From contig JAGRNI010000035.1 of NCBI GenBank assembly GCA_020440835.1, forward strand, positions 1 to 54,375: DNA of 54,375 bases. The letters run 5' to 3'. The notes beneath the pieces are model-generated. The model saw only the letters and a list, made by a program, of their open reading frames with translations, did not search any database and had not been told where the DNA came from. Position 1 is the first letter of the stretch, and every line of letters begins with the position of its first letter. This DNA is from Leptospiraceae bacterium. GTDB taxonomy: Bacteria > Spirochaetota > Leptospiria > Leptospirales > Leptospiraceae. Of the stretch, positions 49,001-54,375 are shown one piece after another. The translations under genes and the position numbers were made by a program.

Positions 49001-51115
49001 TATATATTGATAACTAATAGCTGCATCTTTAAACTTATTATTAACCTCAAATTCTCTGGCTCTTTGTTCAAAAAATAACATGGGTCTTTTTATATCTTCT
49101 TCTTTGATAACAACTCCGGAATCATAATCATAATTTTCAATAAACTCTAATAATTCGAGACTGGATTTGACAGTATCCCCTAAATCTCTTAAGTTTTCTG
49201 CTTTTAAAAGTTTACTTTTTAGATAAACATAAGAACCTTTTTTAAGGGCAGGGAGGTAAGAATCGATTAAAGTATTGCTTTCTTTAAACTTATTTTCCTT
49301 TTCAAGTAAGTCTGCCTGCATGTACTTCAAAAATCCGGACAACTCATTACTCTTTCCTTCTAAATTTTGTCCCTTTAAATAAAAATCCGTTAAACGTCTT
49401 ATCTCAGGTTTTGTATTATTTTTATACAAATTATCATAAATGTCTTCCATCACATATTTAATATCTTTTCGTGATGAGTTATCATCATTTACAATTTCTA
49501 TCAAATAGTCGGGTATCTTTGATTTATTAGTAGAAAATTCAATAATTCCGATTTTCCTTTTTACTTCGGATGTTCGATAATAATTCGGATATTCTTGTAA
49601 AATTTGTTTGTATAGTTCTTTAGCATCTTCTTTATTCTCAAGCTCATCTTGCACATCACCAGCTTCCTGAAGTACACCGGGAGCAATTTGAGAGTGCATT
49701 CCCTTAGTATTTTTTACGCTCCCATAGTATTTTAAAAGACCGTCTACAGGATTTAATCCTTTTTGTCTTTCTTCATAAGAATAAGCTAGCGCATAAGACA
49801 ATCCGTATTGCAAGTCTCCTTTTGTACGGGACATTTTTTGGACCATTAGCTTATACAAATCTTCTTCTCCGTCGTTATCATATTCATAAACCATGAGTCT
49901 GTCAGCTCTCGAACGAATAACAGGAAAAAGAGGATCATGTCCATAAAATAATTCAATAGAATTCAGAGCCAGTATAAAATAGTCCATCGACCTTGGTCGG
50001 TAGAGTTTGGAAACCTCGTATTGTTCAATAATATCTTTTTGTTTGGGAATTTCTCCTTGTAGTGGTATAAAATATATATTTATGGCGTTATCCAAAGAAG
50101 CACTAAAAAAGAGAGAGCCATTGTTCATGGCAGAATACTCCACGTCGAATATGGACAAATTTCCAGCTGTTAATTTGGTGGTTTTACCCGTTTTTAAATC
50201 CAACTGTATGATAAAATTGTTATCTCTTTCATCCAAACGTCCGTTTTTGTTAGTGTCATTTTGAACGGAAGAATAATAAAGAAAGCTATCATCCGGATTT
50301 ACAGAAGGACCAAAGTCCATAAAATTATCGTTGGTGAGTCTTTTTTCTTGTTTTGTAGATATGTCCAGAGAATATATTTCACCTAGTGGATGGTCTTTAA
50401 AAGAAAGGTAATATACAGTTTTGTTGTTGGAAGAAAAACACGCTTTTACGCCACCTTTTGTTGTGAGTTGTTTTATTTTGTTTTTGTTTTGGGTGTCAAT
50501 AATAGCAAGGTTTGGTAATCCCGGTGTGAAGCGTTCCGTAGAAAATACGATATACCTGCCATCTCCGGACCAATCCGGATCCGTATCAACAATTCTTTCT
50601 ATCTTAGACGGGTCACCGTAGTGAGGATTTGTGAGAACTTGAAAGTCTTCATTTATATACATATCTCCTTTTAGGTAGGCATCCACCCATTTCTTAGGAT
50701 TCATATCCATCAGAATCAAGTCTCCTTCCGAGTCAAACTGTTCCGAAACATAAACGAGCTTATCTCCTTTGGGGCTTATTGCAGGTTTTAGCGCACTGGC
50801 AGGATGATTTGTCACTGGTACAACAATAGAGCTTTTTAAATCTCTAAAAAATATATCAAAATTTCCATTGTCGTTGGAAGCAAAAAATAAATATCTACCA
50901 TCTTCTGTTGTAGAATTATAAAGATTGTCGCCTCGTTTTACGGTAAGCGGGTATGGGTTTTCATTTTGAGACGTATAATGAGCTTTGCTTATGGAATCGT
51001 AATCAAATTCATTTGGTTTTATTTTGGAACTGCGATAAAAAATCAAAGAACATCCAAAAAAAAATAGCAAAGGAAAAATAATTTTATAAAATTTCATTAA
51101 TCCTTTCGCCCCCAT
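43049..51115 (-). CDS. Giant (2688 aa) lipoprotein: N-terminal TolB-like PD40 beta-propeller followed by about 2000 aa of TPR-like helical repeats
   Basis: Lipobox FFFGC. PD40 signatures (DGRYLFFASNDNGNFDIFF; SPKGDKLVYVS; SGDGRYIVFSTER). Many 34-residue repeats with the W/LG/Y..A...Y pattern. Start overlaps the upstream lipoprotein gene by 19 nt. Confidence 0.7.
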   Translation of the reverse strand: MGAKGLMKFYKIIFPLLFFFGCSLIFYRSSKIKPNEFDYDSISKAHYTSQNENPYPLTVKRGDNLYNSTTEDGRYLFFASNDNGNFDIFFRDLKSSIVVPVTNHPASALKPAISPKGDKLVYVSEQFDSEGDLILMDMNPKKWVDAYLKGDMYINEDFQVLTNPHYGDPSKIERIVDTDPDWSGDGRYIVFSTERFTPGLPNLAIIDTQNKNKIKQLTTKGGVKACFSSNNKTVYYLSFKDHPLGEIYSLDISTKQEKRLTNDNFMDFGPSVNPDDSFLYYSSVQNDTNKNGRLDERDNNFIIQLDLKTGKTTKLTAGNLSIFDVEYSAMNNGSLFFSASLDNAINIYFIPLQGEIPKQKDIIEQYEVSKLYRPRSMDYFILALNSIELFYGHDPLFPVIRSRADRLMVYEYDNDGEEDLYKLMVQKMSRTKGDLQYGLSYALAYSYEERQKGLNPVDGLLKYYGSVKNTKGMHSQIAPGVLQEAGDVQDELENKEDAKELYKQILQEYPNYYRTSEVKRKIGIIEFSTNKSKIPDYLIEIVNDDNSSRKDIKYVMEDIYDNLYKNNTKPEIRRLTDFYLKGQNLEGKSNELSGFLKYMQADLLEKENKFKESNTLIDSYLPALKKGSYVYLKSKLLKAENLRDLGDTVKSSLELLEFIENYDYDSGVVIKEEDIKRPMLFFEQRAREFEVNNKFKDAAISYQYIVRLLSLSKEKKLPIGKIYKDYSVFYQKKMVDSALEYANNLQESENRELFKKFNIPHKRRLDIWGDVTESLDGIFRAKIFKYFGDFRDLQFFSDLYDDDKLKVLDNYYKEILDSSRKSLDYATIYGYTYYLISKAVKEETYYLMEDALTESRKSEILQNLKQAEYDLGWIIYADPVYADAYLLLGWLYQYIDVRKKTFIPLENSLDGKVYESLYTKYFPMQYLEENIELYNQILEFLGKYENKKVLSDIHLNIANNYFLLSNFQKALFHYNKVEGLSRYVIDRVQFEDYKQKALYYFNFARSNIYASKYTKALKYFHKAVDIYYESEYFPILAKLGVKNDIPELREYMVDVKKKIALLHALIGLTEMELERYDDAIVSFSTSVSMNGDTDYINDMSLYNNLAFCYQEIGEYEKADEMLSLADEEYDAKSKKGFLDYFKYSIWDSVLPDNVRTIGPGRFPFGMTPEFSNLTTQGIRINILTDKKEFNQTAEAIHKRSKFIEENKLDKTQIGKQILDGDHAELGYNEFIRGNYYEADNLYTYDYTEQTEKKNYEQAYRSYLRSNIALFAHLEENPDNVKTVLEELVENIKFSKKFRDDTFKRCLESIDKTLKIKEEDLEDYCEKKFDETYYNFDPFLGYNYFYLGELYKQKKEYEVAFDYYGRALPLIKNPLGIEDDDIGLEGDKFSAKERARLKIITALIYYRLGELEKFEKQIAEAFYFSSEYQFERELLSIYQIQAEYFYKKGEKNYSSYSTALEYTNKAEENLKKNPGIIYDIDEIFLNSLYSLKSMILLKLKKYDEVVANREKLFSFIFFRQLLVNELKFQDKKIFETLNNIQLLVLEDKEYIGKIEQANEKSRNTAKIINEKEKNLKKIQESIKNYSKYIPVGIDVSSWTETSPKPIPILLEPNEILIQFFASGKYYTQMAFYKNSRSVQEFRIDDFDDPKEIEKHLASLLDSYTNIKKIVFVPSYKMYKMDFNGIKYKDKTLNDYFEIRYIFRSSQLEREVDFEYSRLKRITDVFPDIDKRDKSFWERTKSIFTLESKEEKKEIKEINLRNVSSEELKNYLTDTDILVGETDFSNRKHMIAEKKVGNIHIREVVENQWNIPLLIITNYKRTLDNFIKIGFLYDILQFAGVKSILLIEKEENSTRIKDKILSNIKNINKVLREEKVIIIGESISEYPEDQKLYENEFRKFTKRGIEEERKQEHLKSIRYLLQANSVLPDTKPDLLIESELNIARLKTKLFPVTDYLFYYKVILDKYLLASKEEEKVLYNMLLMCYEAKDDVDCKTYQERYDLHPLATDQKKFVLYYYKNLRIGNLNVIEPEYKKFISISTDEEPYLKNIKLAYLFSRGFVWDKAKYHAQKANELALSQREKEITHEMLSDIDFEIYFIKGIAPAPIYTNSVYYYAINRIWDIYKEKTQSIYKNQSDSFKKVYQSRIFDAYESLETSIDFEPVTLGPLYLKDGRPALNLLQETERNFLFFVLLSSLPYQTQDELNNQFDILLDTEFKLKNKNRTLWMQIQWSSSLYQRGDYPSSKKYFKDFEENFKGYYKEKDINKTYHLLKYKLSKIFEDVNFTTRERDFIYNNFRDWFSFYEKAEKSDSSNFIKLLDELIVSKNNQKIDLFNEKELFDFITFLQWRSLKQKDFIAFLDIGFAKEKFRSIDPKIYDRDIYFKDLGKVNSIAQNIQNKIPKNQVFTAMIDLGIQTYSIHIKQDKITGNVAYEDNREIKYAILDYLYTIKDSGASLIKHELIETQYRKHLKLEKGVINYLYLPSYHFKITLEPEEEDIFYYVLNPELMINRPIYDPNEDFQYGFGIDIKNKSRFSEVWWKKLKGLENFELRNLSGNRAGKKVTVSQEELSLEKGRIIQFGGSKLTDLSKFGRRQGPWIFTGSLLFQTSLHNDDLAFSFMYLDQIHFGPGIVSTGLQSDTNNVFFLKQFLEQRKVDYPFSERFIESFYKITNNYDDHKYWIGYKPYTNMFIGN

Positions 51116-51729
51116 TTTCCTTTTTTGATCTCATAGAATTCACCGTCTTCCACAATATTATAATAAACTTGCTTAACGTTTAGAATTTCTTTATCTAATT
51201 TTTTACCTTTTAGTTTTTTATCTTTTAATAAACTTATCTTTTTATCAAAGATTTCTTTCCTTGATTGGTTTACGAGAGATATGAGATCTGTTATCCTTTT
51301 TTTATTTTCTGTAAATTTTTTATAATTTCGGGTAGATTTAACCTGTGGATTGATTTTTACAAATCCATCGATCCCTTCACCAATATAACCCTTTTTTTTA
51401 TAGTCCATAATTTCACCGGAAAAATAGGAAATAGTCCTTAAGGCATTATAGATTTCTCTGTCCATTTCTTCTTCGGGAATTTCTTCGTCCAAAACTTCTT
51501 TATCCCAAATTTCAGAGCCAGACGCAGAAGTCCTAATTGAGGAAATGATCCAACCGTCTCTTTCCAAGCTCTTATCTTCTCCTATCATTTGCCTTTCGGC
51601 AGCTGTTTGAGATTGTGTAAAAGTTATAGGAGGTGGTTTTAAGGTACAAAAATTTAAAAATATCACAGTTGTTAATAAAACAAACGTTTTCAATTTTATA
51701 ACACTCCCATTCAATTTAATGCTCAACAT
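51097..51729 (-). CDS. Lipoprotein, hypothetical; first gene of the operon with the giant TPR protein
   Basis: Signal peptide plus FLNFC lipobox. Charged K/E-rich mature part. Confidence 0.5.
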   Translation of the reverse strand: MLSIKLNGSVIKLKTFVLLTTVIFLNFCTLKPPPITFTQSQTAAERQMIGEDKSLERDGWIISSIRTSASGSEIWDKEVLDEEIPEEEMDREIYNALRTISYFSGEIMDYKKKGYIGEGIDGFVKINPQVKSTRNYKKFTENKKRITDLISLVNQSRKEIFDKKISLLKDKKLKGKKLDKEILNVKQVYYNIVEDGEFYEIKKGKWGRKD

Positions 51730-52002
51730 AGAGTGATTTTCGGATAAGAAATAAAAGAAATTCTTTTAAAATTAAGTGAATCCAATCATGTAAATCCCGA
51801 AAATCATTCTTATCATAGTATATATTGCACTAAAAGAGAAATTTTTTGTATAGCATTTTATAGTGTAAGAATTTTTTTTGTGGGTTTTCGGTATTTTCTC
51901 AAATTTTATAGGTAAGAAGCGAAATTTAAGTATTTGCAATATTTTATCCATGGTACAATAAGATTATGGATGCAGTAAACTCTGGAAAATTGCAATATCA
52001 TC

Positions 52003-52210
52003 GTTTTTGGTGTATCACGTTCAAGCATACCCGAAGCTCCCGATAGGGAGTTTCACCGAGCAAGTGAGCTTTTACCACTGCAAGTGCTGTGGCTGAGTAA
52101 CTTCCAATCTTACGAAGGCACTGCACTTGCCTGGGAGAACCAAGGCTATCTCGGTGCAAGGAAGCAAACAATTTCCTATTTTGGTTTGCTTCCGCAGTGG
52201 GTATGCTTTG
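52003..52210. repeat. Candidate structured RNA / repeat element, copy A (about 200 nt)
   Basis: It shares about 85% identity with 54228-54375. The hairpin GCTCCC-GATA-GGGAGT becomes GCTGGC-GATA-GCCAGT in copy B, a double compensatory change. GCAAGTGC (52080-87) pairs with GCACTTGC (52122-29). The closing helix is GCATACCC (52025-32) / GGGTATGC (52199-206). There is a 10-bp perfect stem GGAAGCAAAC/GTTTGCTTCC at 52160-52193. Confidence 0.5.
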
Positions 52211-52256
52211 TTGTGCGATGTGCTTTTGGTTTTGACTATTTAGTTTCATGTAATTT

Positions 52257-52643
52257 TTAAGAAAAAGGATTATAAACTTTTAGCTCTTTTATTTTCTTAA
52301 AGTCATCTTCATTTCTTGTAACTAAAGTAAAGTTATACATTAATGCTGTAGCTGCTATTATTGTATCTGGAGTCTTAAGATTATTGTTTTGCTTTAATTC
52401 TATTGATTTAGACTCTATTTGATTATCTATATAAAATATCTTAGCTGGTTGTATAAATTGAGTAATTCTGTTTATATCTTCTTCTGGAATTTTTTTCCAT
52501 CCTAACAACTCAATTTTTGTAATTGTCGAAATATTAAATGATTCCCTTAGAATACTTTCCACTTTTTCAACATGATTTTCAGGGATCATATCATTCAAGT
52601 AATAAATCAGAATGTTAGTATCTATTAAATATTGATCGTCCAT
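52257..52643 (-). CDS. vapC: PIN-domain toxin (VapC-like)
   Basis: IDTNILI (Asp1), ..ITKIELL.. (Glu), TPDTIIAATA (Asp) and TRNEDDF motifs. 128 aa. Confidence 0.8.
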   Translation of the reverse strand: MDDQYLIDTNILIYYLNDMIPENHVEKVESILRESFNISTITKIELLGWKKIPEEDINRITQFIQPAKIFYIDNQIESKSIELKQNNNLKTPDTIIAATALMYNFTLVTRNEDDFKKIKELKVYNPFS

Positions 52644-52855
52644 TCTTCACGCATATTTTTTAATTCAATTTCAATATTAAGCTTTAAGTGGCGAAGCATT
52701 CCTCGGAAAGGTTTAGGATCATAAATTTCATTTTTTTGGTATTGTTTCTCTTGGATTGGTACAAATTTTTCTACTTTTTTCCAAATTTCATAAGGAATAA
52801 CAGCATATTCAATTTGTCCTTGAAGATTGTATATGTAATTTAATTTCATAATCAT
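52625..52855 (-). CDS. Putative cognate antitoxin (about 76 aa), overlapping the vapC start by 19 nt
   Basis: Position and size are typical of a type II antitoxin. I chose the internal Met (MIMKLNY..) as the start because the long ORF's N-terminal extension is hydrophobic, low-complexity and unlike a protein. Fold not recognised. Confidence 0.45.
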   Translation of the reverse strand: MIMKLNYIYNLQGQIEYAVIPYEIWKKVEKFVPIQEKQYQKNEIYDPKPFRGMLRHLKLNIEIELKNMREEWTINI

Positions 52856-53247
52856 TATAATAATAGCATTTATAAAACAAGTCAATGATTTTATTAAGGT
52901 TCTCCAAAAAATAGCCATCAAAAAAACTTTTGATAATTGTAGCTCAAAATAAATGTCTACCTTAAAATTACTTGCCAAAACAAAAAGTTTTTCCATTATA
53001 ATTTATGTCACATTTACCATGGCTAAATTATTGCAAGTAATCAACTTTCCATTAGTACCCGTTTATGGCTGGACATTGTAAAAAGAAAAACCCAAAAAAG
53101 ATTAATATCTGAAAGTTCTTGTCCAACTTTATGTGGGTAGCCCATTTATTTGTAGCCTAACCCTCCTAACCCTATGTTATGATATTTCCTATAATATAGG
53201 AAGAAAAATATACTTGCTTTATTTTTACAATAAGAAAGTTTTTGTGT

Positions 53248-53565
53248 ATGCATAGAGATTTGATCATATTTTTTATTGCAGGAATGTTTTGTTTTAACTC
53301 ATGTGCTACTAGATACATGAGTATGGTAGAACCATCCAAATTAACAGGCAATACTAAACCACATACAATATGGACTACGGGGTATCTTGTTGATATACCA
53401 ATCAATTATAATATAAGATCAGCTGAATTATGTCCCGAAGGACGAATTGGTGGTATCCAAATGACTTATCCTTCAACTCCTCTTATGTTAGTAAATATTT
53501 CAGTATGTATTCTTACTTTGTGGCTCATGTGTCCACATACTATTGGTGTTGAATGCATAGATTAA
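53248..53565 (+). CDS. Small putative lipoprotein (about 105 aa)
   Basis: Signal peptide plus CFNSC lipobox. Starts ATGCATAGA as does the next gene. Confidence 0.4.
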   Translation: MHRDLIIFFIAGMFCFNSCATRYMSMVEPSKLTGNTKPHTIWTTGYLVDIPINYNIRSAELCPEGRIGGIQMTYPSTPLMLVNISVCILTLWLMCPHTIGVECID

Positions 53566-53828
53566 AAACAATTCTTATCTTATTTTTAATTGTTTTTCAA
53601 TTTACTTGTTTGAAATTTTATTTACGTGATGATATAGATGAGTCACAAGTACTTATATTAACTAAAGATGACTTAAAGTGTATCAAAATACAGACCGGTA
53701 AAAACGAGGCTTTTTATTTGGAAGATTGGTCATCTATATGTAAACAATTTGGTAGAAAAGAAATAGTGTATATTAAATATCGTTATAATGGGTTCATCTA
53801 TAAATTAGACGAAATATGGTGCAAATAA
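53553..53828 (+). CDS. Small putative lipoprotein or secreted protein (91 aa)
   Basis: N-terminal hydrophobic segment ILILFLIVFQFTC. Overlaps the neighbouring genes (13 nt upstream, 1 nt downstream). Confidence 0.4.
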   Translation: MHRLKTILILFLIVFQFTCLKFYLRDDIDESQVLILTKDDLKCIKIQTGKNEAFYLEDWSSICKQFGRKEIVYIKYRYNGFIYKLDEIWCK

Positions 53829-54088
53829 TGAAATTAAAATCTTTTACTCTTTGTCTATTTTTTATTGGATGCTTTGCGACTCATAAAGGATTGCCACCTT
53901 TAGAGAGTGAAAAATATTTTATAAAATCCAAAGGATGCGATGAAAAAGAAATTCTTGAATCAAAACAACAAAAATCAAAAGAAATAGAGGACAAAACAAA
54001 ACATTATGATTATTACCCAGAATGTTGTAAACACTATCAAGTTTGTCCTCCCTGTAAACCTTCTTCTTCTTCTTGTTGTTGTAAGTAA
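53828..54088 (+). CDS. Small lipoprotein with Cys-rich C-terminal tail (ECCKHYQVCPPCKPSSSSCCCK)
   Basis: MKLKSFTLCLFFIGC lipobox. 9 Cys in the last 22 residues. ATG overlaps the previous TAA (TAATG). Confidence 0.45.
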   Translation: MKLKSFTLCLFFIGCFATHKGLPPLESEKYFIKSKGCDEKEILESKQQKSKEIEDKTKHYDYYPECCKHYQVCPPCKPSSSSCCCK

Positions 54089-54227
54089 CAAAACACTTTC
54101 TTTATATAAATAGCGTATTGTTTCTTTTCGGTTAACAGATATAGAAGTAATCTAAATACTTGGAATGTATGCATATTTTGATATTCCTTTTTTCAAAAGC
54201 TTATTTTCTTTGTTAAGTAGCTAAAGC

Positions 54228-54375
54228 TTTTTAGCATATCGCACAACGTTAGAGCATACCCGAAGCTGGCGATAGCCAGTTTCACCGAGCAAATGAGCCT
54301 ATTCCAATGCAAGTGCTGTGACTGAGTAACTTCCAATCATACGAAGGCACAACACTTGCTTGGAGTTCCAAGCCT
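54228..54375. repeat. Candidate structured RNA / repeat element, copy B (truncated by the window end)
   Basis: Aligns base-for-base with 52003-52147, including the covarying hairpin and the GCAAGTGC/CACTTGC helix. Confidence 0.5.

Noticed and set aside
51998-52249. 83-aa ORF on the minus strand over repeat copy A
   Set aside because: The substitutions between copies A and B are compensatory for base pairing and would not conserve the protein. An RNA or DNA structural element is more likely.
53140-53175. Telomere-like CCTAACCCT CCTAACCCT direct repeat
   Set aside because: Only two short units. No further copies in the window. Likely chance.
52003-54375. Interpretation of the repeated elements as integron attC sites (cassette array)
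   Set aside because: There are no convincing inverse-core/core sites (RYYYAAC...GTTRRRY) at the element ends. The bracketed segment holds five genes on both strands, not single promoterless cassettes. The only recombinase is 51 kb away and XerD-like, not IntI-like. A lone GCCTAAC at 53152 is insufficient.
1-54375. tRNA/rRNA genes
   Set aside because: No T-loop-like GGTTCGAATCC-type motifs or rRNA-like conserved blocks were seen in any intergenic region.

Overview
This is a 54 kb, AT-rich chromosomal segment with about 40 genes. The gene content suggests a Leptospira-like spirochaete: several 7TMR-DISM and Cache sensor kinases, a GAF-containing class III adenylate cyclase, a leucine-rich repeat (LRR) protein, a huge TPR lipoprotein and weak Shine-Dalgarno sequences. 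Signal transduction dominates, with five histidine kinases, a one-component AraC regulator and an adenylate cyclase. Housekeeping genes include recD, two acyl-CoA dehydrogenases, meaB, hemN-hemE, metH, corA and crcB. I found no rRNA, tRNA or CRISPR. The most unusual items are these:
1. An 832-aa protein whose N-terminal repeat, shoulder domain and C-terminal coiled coil align along its whole length with the eukaryotic major vault protein (MVP).
2. A roughly 200-nt element with compensatory hairpin substitutions. It occurs twice, and the two copies bracket a 2.2 kb module containing a vapBC-like pair and three small lipoprotein genes.
3. A second short palindromic repeat family in gene 3' regions (REP-like), with two copies.
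4. A putative Uma2-like nuclease carrying a 21-bp tandem repeat that encodes KEKERAN heptads.
5. A 2688-aa TolB-propeller/TPR lipoprotein.
6. Orphan remnants of nuclease-like genes (RloB-like and PDDEXK-transposase-like).
The tyrosine recombinase at the left edge is cut by the window boundary, not by mutation.
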